Assembly: GCA_011109175.1 (NCBI GenBank)
Contig: RDEW01000025.1
Location: 217,990 to 281,989, forward strand
Direction of reading: 5' to 3'
Source of the DNA: Dicyema japonicum
Lineage: Eukaryota; Animalia; Dicyemida
DNA: 64,000 nucleotides
This document shows positions 50,580 through 63,160 of this stretch, one piece after another. Position 1 is the stretch's first letter. Every line of letters starts with the position of its first letter. Below the pieces are notes generated by a model. It had not been told where the DNA came from, searched no databases, and was given only the letters and a program-made list of their open reading frames with translations. Both the position numbers and the translations under genes were made by a program.

Positions 50580-51480
50580 AAAAATTAAACCCCATTTGCC
50601 CGACTGCCACTTATCAACATGGTTTCAAATGTGAGCGTTCAACTACGACACATTTGACTTTACTGTCTCAATTTATATCAGATTGGGTTCAACGTACCGA
50701 AACGCCATCTACGGACAATAGTGGTTTCCTTGGATATCCAAAAGGCGTTCGATTCTGTCTCGAGAACATTACTCACGAAGGTTTTTGGCACCACCATTCA
50801 GACGGATTTGAAAAGATGATAGCCTATTTTCTCTCCGGAAGAAGAGGACGTGTCTGTATAGGCCAGGCAAGATCGAGGTCCCGTCACCTACCAAATGGCG
50901 TCCCTCAAGGATCACCTTCTTCGGCGTTATTCAACTTATTCCTCAACGATTTACCCTGCCTTGGAGGACCAGATTCAATGCTTCTCACTAATGCTGACGA
51001 CCTAATCATCGCTAGCAGGAACAAATACGTAGGTACACCAAAATCAGACCTTCAGTCACATATTGACGACCTGGGAGCCTGGTTGAGTTGAATCGTCTCT
51101 CCATATCCAGGGATAAATCAACGTATATAATCTTCACCAGGACAGAAAAGAAAAACATACAGTGGTTTTGAACATTTATGGAGATCCTTACCACTACAGA
51201 GTCGTCCAACTATCCTGGGAGTGACATTTGACCCTTTGATGACATTTGCTCAACATGTGAAGAACGTTATGACAAAGGGTCTCAGGTAACTTAATTAATA
51301 AAAAACCGCTCTTGAAGTCCAGGCCATCACAGGAATGCGCCCTCGTCGTGTTCAATCAACTCCTAAAACCGACGATTGAGTATGCTTGTGCCTCATGGGC
51401 CTATAAAGCTTCGACATCAAATTTACTCAAATCAATTCCCTAATTGGCAAGCTAGCACGTCTAACGAATCAACCCCCCGA
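50580..51480 (+). mobile_element. Jockey/I-like non-LTR RT relic
   Basis: QHGFKCERSTT, FLDIQKAFDSV, GVPQGSPSSALFNLFLNDL, NADDL, LGVTFD. Confidence 0.8.
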
Positions 51481-52807
51481 TCTTTTCTCCCAAACAGCTA
51501 GCTAGGTCCAAAGATTAGTAGAAACAAGCGTGTTCATCACCACATGAAATATTACGCAGATTTTTTTACCTTTCCAAAAATCGGCGGATTCGAGGAGTTT
51601 TACTGTATACTGCTAATAATAATTAAGAACAGTCAGGCTAATTAATCTGAGGCAATTATTCTAAGGTAATGTTCTTGACTGTCGTTTTTTTTTCTTGTGT
51701 GTGTGCGAGTCCCAGATGACAAAATTTACCATATTTATTTGAAACATTAAGGACTTGGTAGAAAAAAACAAATTTAAGCAAATCGTTAATGAAATAAATC
51801 TATGATATTCTGGCGTTATTGGCTCGTGCACGTATGAGTTTATCAGACTAATCAGAAGGCTTGTGGAAGAGCGCCAAAATGAGACAATGTTTCTCGGAAC
51901 ATTGGGCTGGCGATGAGAGGTAACTCCCATTGAGTGTCAATGCCTGCAGTCTTGGATTAGAAGCGCAATCTCGTCCAGGGCGATGGGGTCTAGGAAGCGG
52001 AATTGTTATCATTCGAGGCAATGTCAACTGTCTTTTGACAGCTGGTGCCTTTTCTCACATTTAATAATTATGATTTCCAGAAAAATATGTTAAAAATGAA
52101 TTATACGCATTTTTGTAATTTTCCATATTTTTGAGATCATGTCAATTAATGAGAACTTATATTTGCGAAGCAACATGTTGGTGGGAATCAATAGTAAGAA
52201 TTTTAGTTGAAACCAAAATTTATCATGATTTTAAAAAATATATGAAAACTTTAGGAATATGTGGCAATTTGCTAGTAGAACACTGAGAATAAGCGGGAAA
52301 TCGTTCGTTTTCCCAAGAAGCTAGGATTTCTGAGCCGCGACGCACGTGAGTCTCAGTGGCTTTACAATTGATCATCCGAGTCATAGGGAAGCCGTCTGAC
52401 TGCGTGGTATTCCCTAAAGATTGCGAGCAAATTCGTTCAAACAGCCTGCAGCTTGCGGAATTTTTCTTGTTGATGCTGATTATTTAGTCCGTTCACAGAG
52501 AATAAAAGAAAATAATAAAAAGTATAAATAATAATTTTTTGATTTTAATCAGGTTTTAAAATAAATAAAAATTCTGTTATATACTAGTATTTTTTTAAAT
52601 TCAAAATTACCTGGTAATTGAAAAGGATTTTTAATGAAATATTTCTGTAATTTTTGCCTAATAATTTATTAATTTTATTTATTTAATATTTTATTTAAGT
52701 TAATTTTTAATTAAAAATTAATGGTAAACCAAATAAATTTAAATTCAATAAATAAATTTCAACGACTATTCAATCAGGTTAAATATCAAATTAGGTTAAT
52801 TTTTAGA

Positions 52808-54562
52808 ATGATTGACGCACTTGGGACATCAGCTGCTGCTATATTTTTTGTTGGTAATAACTGTATATGGACTTGTAATTTCAATTAAAAATCGATTGAA
52901 AGGAAGTATGTCTCCTGATGAACTTATGGTTGGTAAAAGAGACATTGGATTGATTATTGGCACTTTTACAATGACCGGTAAGCTGTTTAAGTGAATATTC
53001 AAGCTACCTGGGTTGGTGGTGGTTATCTTAGTGGTACAGCTGAGCAAATTTTTAAAGAAGGGGCAGGACTCGTGTGGCTTCAGGCTCCAATAGGATATGC
53101 ATCGAGTCTTCTAATTGGTACCTTTATTACGTCTCATCGTAGCTGGACTTTTTTTCGCTAAAAATTCCGTCAAAAGAAATTCCTAACTTTGATGGATCCA
53201 TTCCAAGCAATCTATGGGACAGCAATCAGTTCACTTCTCACACTTCCAGCCTTGACTGGAGAACTGTTGTGGAGTTCTGCAGTCCTTCTGGTCCTTGGTT
53301 AGCCAACATTCAACTTTATTACAGCCTCGTCGTTAAAGATAATAACAGGAATGAACCAGACAGTTTCCGTGATGGTATCCGCCGTAACAACAGTTTTATT
53401 TACGGTGTTTGGAGGAATATATGCCGTGTCGTACACTGACGCATTGCAGTTGGTGATAATAACGATTGGATTGGTAATTTTTTATAATGCTTAATCAAAA
53501 ATTAGACATTTATAATATTCAATTACCCATTGTTTTTAGTCTCTCGCCGCTCCCTTCGCCATGCACAGTCCACATAGACTCCCATCCGATCAGTTGAAGA
53601 ACGTGGACTACTTTGGCGTCGTCAAAAAACAGGACGTGGTACAATTTGTTGATTTATACATAACGTATATTTTTGGGGGACTCCCCTGGCAGGTGAAGTC
53701 TAGTCCGATTCATCTCTAGGCGTTGTTTCAGAGAGTCTTTCAAGCAAATCTCCGCGAATTGCAAGTCTCGTGGCATCAGTGTCGGGTATAATATGTGTGC
53801 TCTTGTCCGTCCCTTCTATTTTCATTGGAGTAGCCGCCAAAAATACAAGTGAAGACCTCGGCGATTATTTATAGATTGGGAGGAGGTCAACATCACTTCA
53901 ACAAAGATGACACTAACTTTACGATAATGAATCCATCCGACGCTCTCCCTTTGACAATCGCTTACTTGACTCCTCCTGTGATTAAGTTCATTGGGATAGG
54001 GGCTATTGTAGCTGCCACGATATCCTCGATCTCCTCATCATTCTTAGCCGCAGGGTCTCTAATAACCAAGAACATGTATAATGCAATACTGCGACCAAAA
54101 GTAATAATATCGTCACTAATACACAAGGCTAACAACTTTGAGCTACGGATTGCGCAAATTGTCACCACTTTGGGAGTTGCAGGGATCGTTTCAGTCGTCA
54201 GCATATTCAGTACCTCCGTTTATATTTTGTTTGGTCTCTGTTCCGACTTGATATATATTTTGTTATTCCCCCAACTAGTTCTCCTTGTGTACACTGACTT
54301 TAACAACTCCTATGGCGTATTGGCCGGCTATTTCTCAGCTCTGATTGTGAGAGTGGCGTCCGATAAGGACATCAGGAATATATTTAATGATAAACACGTG
54401 TACCCTGTGTTTCCCTACAAAACTGTTAGCATGCTAGTAAATCTTGTGATGACAGTATCCGTGTCTTACCTGACTAGGTACTTGATTGTGAAAAAACGAA
54501 TAATTCCTGACGTCTTAAATTTTACAAGAAAGCAACCCCAAAATCCTTTAAAGAGCTATTAG
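52808..54562 (+). CDS. SLC5A7: High-affinity choline transporter-like (SLC5/SSS family), 8 exons, three apparent frameshifts (pseudogene or assembly errors)
   Basis: [86 protein letters not shown] introns at 52978-53003, 53118-53142, 53298-53324, 53474-53539, 53693-53719, 53849-53874 and 54101-54127. Confidence 0.9.
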
Positions 54563-54628
54563 TGAGGATCCCCCAAAATTATGACTGGTTAATTACTATA
54601 TTTGGGCAATAAAGTTTTCGATATATTA

Positions 54629-55857
54629 TGTCACGGTCCGTTGGCGGTCACCGGTCGATTTTTTTCAATTTTAGCAAATCTCCAGTCTTCTTTTTGATCT
54701 GTAAATAATAAATTTAACCTTTTTTTAAATCTTCAGCTCCTTTGTATGTAATTAGGACGACAGAATGGCGAAGGCGTTACCTCTGATAATCGCCATTTCG
54801 AGACTCTCAACCAGAGTCCCTCCCGTGGCTCTCACCTTTTTGAGGCGAATTTGCTTCCAATGCTGTGGAGAAAGGCGTCCGTCTTCGCGCCTACAGTTCC
54901 AGTTGTCTCCACAGCAATGGGGGCGAAATGGTAATGGTCTCCGAGGGATTCGTAATTATGGATCTTCTTGACCTCCGCCTAGTCGCTGCGTCTCCAGGAG
55001 AGTGCGTCGCCGTCAGCAATCTGGCTCCTGAGAAGGTGTCCACACGTTGCGTCCCAATTTATCTTTATTTTATAATAATAAAAATAACAAATAAATTATC
55101 CTTCGACAGGGATAGACAAAATTACACAGATTTAAGTCTATATTGGTAATTATAATTTTGTCTATTTATGACACATTTCTAAGTCTATCCCTAACATTTC
55201 CTAGGTATAATTTTTTGATATAAAATTTCATTTTTAACTGAAAAATGTGAAAAATATATATCTTGATATTTTTAGCCATTATTGTAGTGATCGGCGGTTT
55301 TGTCACAACATCCGCTTTGACTGGCATAAATTGCAATGTCTAGTGACATCAGTAATTTCTGTTTTCGAATCATTATACGTTTCTTAATAAGTCAAGTTAT
55401 GCTCCTAATATTAGGAAAACCCAACGTATACCGGAATAGTTTGTTTTCAGTTCTACCTAATCCGATGAAAAAAAGCGTAAAATCAAATTATGTGCTAAAT
55501 AGTAAACAAATTAGACCAACAATCAAAAAAACTTTATCCACCTCAAATATTAACAATTTAGCGAGTCGACGATATCTTGATCTTGATGATCGATCCAGAT
55601 CTTCTGTAAAAATTCCGTAAATCTGATGATTTTTTTATTATTTCTCTTTCTTTAGTAGACAACACATAAGACTCATTCTGGAATCAATAATCTATTAAAA
55701 AATAAAATTATTAAATTTTTTGAAAATTTTAGCGTGGCGGCATGCGGTTCATCTGTTGTTATGGTGGCGCCCGGTACAAGTTTTGCACTAAAGAGAACCG
55801 TCTGAACTTCTCCAGTCCGGACCACCAACGGCATAGGCACACCGACGGACCGTGACA
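54629..55857. mobile_element. Candidate non-autonomous TIR element with TGT...ACA ends
   Basis: TGTCACGGTCCGTTGG at 54629; the reverse complement of the end at 55857 reads TGTCACGGTCCGTCGG. No TSD seen. Confidence 0.55.
54755..55060 (-). mobile_element. CRE-like 3' relic nested in the TIR element
   Basis: WDAT-VDTFSG..EVKKIHNYESLGDHYHFAPIAVETTG..IIRGNAFAIL. Confidence 0.8.
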
Positions 55858-56337
55858 TTTCAAATTTGACTTAAATATTTCAATTTTATTGAGGAAACGT
55901 CGAATTCTCAAAAATTAGCTTAAATGTTTAAAGTTAACCGAGTGATTAATCGGTAGGAAGGTAGAGGTGGTGACTACCTCTATTATACGAAATGTCTACT
56001 TTGTTTGATAAACATAAAAGCTTTTTTTTGTTATAATCTAAAGCATGGACGAGCTGACAAACTTCATTTTGAAATCCAAGGTTTTAACAAATGAAGTGTC
56101 AGATACACATATTACCCGAGTTTGAATCTCGTTCATCCCAATTTGATAAAACATGGGGGATCAGCTTTCAGAAGCTGTATAGGACGGTTACTATGATTCT
56201 ACATGTGTTGCTAGTAATAATGCTTAAAATATGCGACAAAAATTACTTTAAAGGAGTGAGTACTACTAAACTCAAACTGAATAGAATGTCTCATTAATAT
56301 ATCGATTTATATGTGATCTAAAATTCCACCTGTCTCA

Positions 56338-56530
56338 GGTGCCGCCCTGTGCCAAGGTGGGGTGTAAAAGGATCATTTTCTCTCCATACTCCACTTGAGG
56401 GGTTCCAACAACTTCAAGAAATAGACATCTTACCTATTATGCTGGTTCTGAATAGACTTTTATGTCATTGGAAGGACTCTGTTCTTGTGACAGAGAGAAC
56501 TGGATACAATTAGTTATTAATTGTTACTTT
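56338..56530 (+). repeat. ~200-bp dispersed repeat, copy 3 (more diverged)
   Basis: gccgccctgtgccaaggt..aaaaggatcattttctctcc..cacttgaggggttccaacaacttcaag..aactggatacaatt. Confidence 0.65.
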
Positions 56531-56649
56531 TTTATCAGCGTATCCGGGACTAATAATTATGATATAATAAACAAATCATGAGTGTAACTAAAATAGGAAG
56601 ACTAATTTAAATTTCTACTAAATTAAAAAACAGTTGTTAAATTGTTTGT

Positions 56650-57256
56650 GAGCAGCCAGTAGTTGTTAGCTGTTAGTTTTATCATTAAGCCGTTTTTATT
56701 TGAATATGAGGATCTTATTGATTTTGTGTCAGAGTCGAAATTAAAAGATTCATATAAAAATGATTGCGTTTATATTTTTTGGCAAAAATGCATTTCAAAA
56801 TATCCTGATATTTCACAAAAGAGAATATTTGGCTTATTACCTTTTCCTACAATTTATTTATGTGACTCTGAATTTTCACTTTATGCGTCTACAATAACAA
56901 AATATATAAATAAACTAAATGCCTCATAATGAAATTAGGATACAATTGTCGAAAATTTCACCAGAAATTACAAATTGATAAAAAAATTACCTCAATATTC
57001 TAATTAAACTTTTTTTAGTATTTTAATTTTCCTAAATAAGTTTTTATTAATTTAAAATATAATTAGAATAATAATGTTTAAACTTTTAAAAAACTGCACT
57101 TATACGCAGAGCCATATTAACTGTAGCTCTGCTCAGGCAGGACACACACTTTATTTAAGTAAAAAACAGTTATGGCAACTAATCGGTTTTTAAAGTGTTC
57201 CAGATAAAAAATCATGTAAAGGGTTTCGCGAGCACGTTAAGGTTAAAGAACCACTA
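56650..57256 (+). mobile_element. hAT Buster/Charlie-type 3' end with terminal inverted repeat
   Basis: FWQKCISKYPDISQK..LLPFPTIYLCDSEFS..TKYINKLN, then gggtttcgcgagcacgttaaggttaaagaaccacta, like the CAGTGGTTCTCAACC-type TIR. Confidence 0.75.
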
Positions 57257-57699
57257 AGGTAGCAAATCAATCAGCCACTCTGCTATCTGACATGTTCCTT
57301 GAACGTGATAATGAAATGCCTCAGGAAGTGATCCTTTGTAGTAACTAAAATTACAAAATATTAATTTTACGTATATCCAAAAATAGTGGTTTATGATTAT
57401 CATCCCAAAAAGTATCCTGGTTATTCAGCATTTGACTACATCATGTGCCAAAGTTATGGGACATCTTTTATTTCCCAATTTAACTCAATATTAATCAGAA
57501 AATTTGCATCCATTTTTGATGAAAAAATAATCTAACAGCATGGAAAAGTTAATGACTGAAGTGAAAGTGATTTACTAACGACAGCTTCGGCATCGATTAC
57601 TGTAAAATAATAAAAACCAAGCAAATCTGGAGCAAGCTAGCTAATTCTCTTATATTTTTTGCTGCCATGTGGGACTATAAATATTATGGCTCTTGTGAA

Positions 57700-59000
57700 A
57701 GTGCTAATAATAATAAATCAATTAGAGGATTATACGCCAGTCGACTATGTGGCTATTCTCTCAGGATTTGGAGCGAGAATCGTTCAAATTGCCAGCAGCG
57801 CTATGGGAAATCTCCAGTGCGTGTCGAATCCGATTTCCCAATCGATGTTGGTAAAATAAACAGAAACTATCCAACGTTACTATCCAGTGATAGGGGATCC
57901 AAAGAATATAAGGTCTATGTCAGGAGTAGAAATTCATCCGGGAAGTAGTAAAAGAGACAACGGCTATCTAAAATCAATATCTGCAAATTCAAAATGATAA
58001 ATTTAGCACTTATCCGTATTCAGTTCAAGACCACCTTCAGACAAGGCAGGAATCAACACCTCAGATCGCGGAAGACCATCTCCGGGTATTCTACAAGGAC
58101 TGCATCGCCATATACTAGGTGTTTAGAGGGGACAGAAGTCTAATGATTTTCTTTATATCAAGGGATAAAAGAAGAGGTCCTAGGGTGCTCTTTCTATTGC
58201 ACCCAGTAGGACGAAAGGATTAAGTAAGTGCCGAGATAAAAGGTTATTAGTTTCCGTAGGATTGATTGACCATATCGAAAGAGTCTAGAAATCTTTCGTT
58301 ACAGGCCTCCAGGATATAGTCCCTTCTCAAACTGTTAAATGTATATTTCTGTCCAATTTGCTTCATAAAATCCTCAATATTTCGGTTTTTGAAAATATGG
58401 TCTGAGTGCACTGCAGCCTCACATCCGAGACGTATTCAAACATTACGGGTACTTATGTACTTTGACAATATTAGCGTAAAACATCTGATGGTAATCTTCG
58501 CAGCTAACCTCTTGAAGTCAAACCCTACCTCAATTGGGCGAATTCCACCTCCCTACTTATTGAAAGCAATCATGCCGGTCAAAACAAGACATGGCGGACC
58601 ACCAAACTTCAGATGATCAGGTCTTGATTCGTTAAGACAGCCACTGCTACTAAAAGAAAATTTAGTATTGAGAAAATTACCTCTTTGACTATGTGGGTGA
58701 TCGTGATGAGGTGGTGGGTGTTTGTCCACCAGAATTTTGTAGATTTCAAAGGTTGGTTTGAGCGGTCAATTTGAAAAAGAAAGTGCCTTTAAGGCGCATG
58801 AGTTCCTCCTTAAAGACACTTTTCCAATTCAGTCACGAGGAAGGCCAAGTGTGAACGGTGCAATACTAAACAGCCGTACCCAGTCTTGTATCAAGTTAGA
58901 CCGGAGGGTACCTTCAATTGTATTGAAAAGCACCTCGGCAGCTAAAAGGAGTGCGGCCTCTGGGATCTTCACTGGAATAGTCCAAGATGATCGGAAATTA
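57700..59000 (-). mobile_element. Internally deleted CRE-like element
   Basis: QDWVRLFSIAP, GGGIRPIEVGFDFKRLAAKI, VLIPALSEGGLELN, FERFSLQILR. Confidence 0.75.
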
Positions 59001-59559
59001 GACATAGAATAGATTCTGGCTCCACAGTGACAAGATATTCAGGACATGGATCGATGTTCTTGAAGTGAGGGCAGGAATGGCAGTGCCATATTACAAGTCC
59101 GTGAACTCCGAACAATAACCACCACAAAATGAACGGGAGATCTCATACATCCGAATATTAATCGAGAAACATAGGGAAAATTTGCTCGATGACTTTATGG
59201 TGTAATTTTATTCGGATTCATATTTTCTTTCAGTCTGTCACCACAACAGCACAAAGCGTCATTCGATGGCGTATATCCTCAAACAAAATATCGCCACAAC
59301 AACGGTATATTTCTTTTAAATAATTGTTTTGACTTTGGCTGGGACAGAACGGTGATCAGAGAACGCCTACGCAATCCTGGCCTTTAACTAAAAATCTTTA
59401 CTTATTTTCTTTTTTTAAAAAAATTGTTTTAACTTTATAATTTTTTAAAATAGCTTTAAAATATATAAAATTAATTTTTTTATTGGTGGATACATAGTCC
59501 ACATCATTCGCCTATGCAAGTTCGGTGATTTGGTGATAACTGGGGCCAGAGAATCCCCT

Positions 59560-60500
59560 TGTGGAGCACCAATGTCAGTTAAATAACTTTTCATAGTGCT
59601 TCATTCCAACTTCAACAATTAGCTTTGTTGTTGTAATCTTCACATATTTTTGGCATGCAGCTTCATACCAACGATGACTCCATACAACATCAGAGGTTAA
59701 CTGTGCTCGCCTGAAGCCACTCTGACTGTGCGACAGGTATTCTTCTACTGTATTTTGTATACTTTTTAGGACGATGATTGATACTGTTTTTCTAACAGTA
59801 GCCAATAAGATAATAGGTCTGAGATTTTCTAATGATCCTTCTTTCTTTCCAGTCCAGTGGTAATTGTACTCCGTGTCCTATGGTAAGGGGGCTGTACCGT
59901 TCAAAGCATTTGTCTAAAATTTCCGCGATAGTTATTCCAACGCATTCTGGGGCATATTTTAGCAGCTCACCAGGAACTCCTTCGTAGCTGACCGAAAAGT
60001 TATTTTTCTAGTCATGCACTGATCACTTCTTTTGTAATACTGGTAGACAGTAGTTTCAGTGTTCCAATGAATTGCCTGATCCTTGCATTGCCAACTTGGA
60101 ATAATGTCCTGAAATAGCGGCCAATGTGATTTGCTTTGTCTTCTTGATTCAGCATAAGGCGGCCAACTTGTCACACACTTTGACAGATGACCTTTGTGAT
60201 CCACTCGTTAGTAGTTTGACTGCAACAAACATTCGACTCCCAAATTTTGTGTTACTGACTTCGTGCGGTTTGTCATCCAAGTATTGATTCATTAAATCCT
60301 CTGCTCGGTTTCTTATTAGTGGAGAGTTTTATTCTGTTTTCTTAGAATGTCCAATTTTTTACTATTCGGCAGTCCTAGCTTGCTTTAAATGACTTTTCTT
60401 TTGTCTTCAGATAACTGTTTGATTGTAGAGTCATATAGCAAGGGTCTCTTCCGGATTTTCCTCGATATTAGCTCGTTAAAATCCGTAGCATGTGCAATAG
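59560..60500 (-). mobile_element. RTE-like relic (endonuclease to start of RT)
   Basis: RKTVSIIVLKSIQNTVEEYLSHSQSGFRR. Confidence 0.65.
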
Positions 60501-61149
60501 TTGGTTCTTTGGTAGTGTCAACTTCACAAGAAGAGCGCTTCAGCAGGGTATCGTGGTAGCACTTTCTTTTTATAATGTTCTTAGTTGATTTAATAATATA
60601 ATAATAAAAAAAACTATATTTTAAATTTTAACTGCTATAAAAATTTCCCTATTGATTATCCTCAAACTCCTCAACACTTGGAACTGACAAAATTTCCCGC
60701 TCACTTTTTTTATCATTTTCATCGATTGTTTGATGCTTTATCCTCCTATTACTCAGGTTTATCAGTTTTATATCTCCAACACAGTTTTTGACTTTCTTTA
60801 AATGAAAAAGGCCCTCAAACATACCAGTCGAACATATTCATTCTTCACTTGTATCACATAAAATGCACAGGAAGCAATACTAAAATAAATCAGGCACATA
60901 CAATCAAATATCTCAACATAAATTATTTTGGTGGTCATTTTCGTTTGATATTTTTTTGGCGGACATTTTCGTAAACTCCTGCGTTGGTCACCACAGAAGA
61001 AACCAAAGAAAAAATTATCGTATGATATTCTGGAACCGACTGAAGACTCCCATATTCTCGATCCACATAGCAACAAGATTAAAGATAATTCTCAATGGAG
61101 AACTAAAATAAATGACCCCACTAATAAAATAATGGCGAATTAACTTTTA

Positions 61150-61990
61150 ATATAAGAGAGGGCCTTTGAGGATCTCTAAGACGACAGCTTCCTTCAAGTC
61201 ATCATCGACTTTGGCTTGTTCTACAATGAGCAAACAGACCATGACATATTTACACGTGGATACACAACAGTCAGCCACTGACAGTATCTTGCGCAGTGTT
61301 GAGCACGTGGGTGGGCATATATTTTGGATTACAGAGCAAATGGGAGTACAAAGAAGACACCACCTGGATAGCGTGTCCAGTCCCCATCAATAATGCAAAG
61401 GTAAAACGACGGTGCACAGTGACAGGTAAGAACACGTGATTAATATCTGCAATGTGGACAACTCCACCATAACAGTCATCGACAATGTAATCACAGAGTG
61501 GGCTTCTGAATATTTGTGAAGACCACCAACAGTGATGACTTTGATTAGAGGACCCAAACCTGTGGCAGACCGAAAAAATCCAAAAATAGATCAGTGAAGC
61601 GAAAGGCAACAGTTCAAAGGAGAAGAACGATTTAGTTTTACAATTAGCAAATGGGACGACGGGGAAAATATTTGGGAAACAGATAAGGAATCGACGGAGA
61701 GGGTACAACATATAACGGAAAACCTAAACAGTCATAATGAAATAAGCGTAGTAGGAATGGATTGGTGACAGCGTCAATAATTTCACGTTTTGGGAGACTT
61801 TTCAGTCCACGTGTTCCAGAAAAGTATTTCTTGAGGAGACATTCGAGGCAGCTAGTGAAACACACTCCAGAACACGTGAGGACTTAATCTCGAAGATCAT
61901 CAGCCAAAACTCTAGAATTTATGACTTAAAGTCACCCTCCCTCGTAGTTTTGCTTGGCCGAGCAAGACTGATACCCAAGTCAGGTATATT
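61150..61990 (+). mobile_element. R4/Dong-like relic (pre-RT region)
   Basis: WENIWETDKE and LLGRARLIPKS. Confidence 0.5.
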
Positions 61991-63039
61991 AATTTTACTA
62001 TAAACTTGGTTTGCTAAATATTCATCGCTAAGGTTGAATTTTAAAATTTTTTAAGAAACAGATCTCTTACAAATCTTCGACTTACTGATCTCTTATAATT
62101 TAGCTAACTTGCATTTAATTGTATTAAACTGCTGTGTTGTTCCGGAAGGTATTTGAATTTAGATGCTTGTTGATGCACACTTCCATTCTTTGCTCAGAAC
62201 TTGGGGTTTTTAAGCGAATTAGACATTTAGGGCAATAGAGTGTCACCAGTCTTCCGATAAATAAACAGACAGCTGGTTAATAACAAATTTAGTTAATAAT
62301 AGTAATTTAAATTATTCTTATATGATAAATTTTGAAAAAAATTACTGAGTGCAGTTTTTTTATCAAATTTGTGAGTTAAGGACAGTAGGAGTAGATGATT
62401 CAGAGATTACTTGGATAAAGAGCTCGTTGGATAAACTGCTCCAAAAGGGGGTGAACTTGAAGAGGAAATAACACCACATGAAGTACAGGTATCAAGCTCA
62501 AAGCTGAAAAATGACAAGAACCCGGAAACCGGAGTCACAAATAAAGGACTAAAGTAGCAAACCAAGGATTCACTTTTGCAATACTATTACCATTTCATTC
62601 CAGTCAACTTTCCTCTTTCGTCATCAAATAGATCCCACCTGTGAGACAATGAGTCCTTCTGGCACAACATATTATTTGAAAGGGATCTCCCTACCTCTCT
62701 CTGACCAAATCATCTAGTGAAGATTACATTATAAAAAACTATTCCACCAAAGAATGAAGTGATGTCCGCGACGGTAGGTCGTGTGATGAAAATTGAAGAG
62801 GGCGGACCTACTTCTCAACCTTCACAGTAAGAGTTCAGAAATTCTATTCCACCAAGATATTATATAATATCAGATGCTGTCCACACCCTTGTAACGTAGT
62901 GAATCAGGTTCTGATGGACTGCAAATCTGAGACCATAATGTCGGCAGGCCGACGGGAGGATAAAAAGATGGAATTTTCCAAACAGTTATGTTCATTGTAC
63001 GGTCGTTTTGTCTCTTGTAGCAGCAGACAGAGACGGTCA

Positions 63040-63160
63040 TATTTAGTTAGATCGCATACCAGTTGGTGTTTCTTGTAAGGTTGATCAAGTCCTCTGCAAT
63101 TGAAAGATCCCAGAGTGAACGGAAGAAGTCGGTAAGGAATACGAATAAGACATGGGCTCC
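63040..63160 (-). mobile_element. RTE-like fragment of the same subfamily as 16.3 kb
   Basis: Reverse complement matches 16285-16400. Confidence 0.75.

Noticed and set aside
24085-54562. Non-standard (TAA/TAG = Gln) genetic code
   Set aside because: Spliced PDXK and SLC5A7 have no in-frame TAA/TAG, and genes end in TAA (CenH3), TAG (SLC5A7) and TGA (PDXK). Stops are found only in decayed relics.
56360-56385. U3 snoRNA box A-like GGATCATTT in the dispersed repeat
   Set aside because: Not conserved in the other two copies, and no boxes B, C or D were seen
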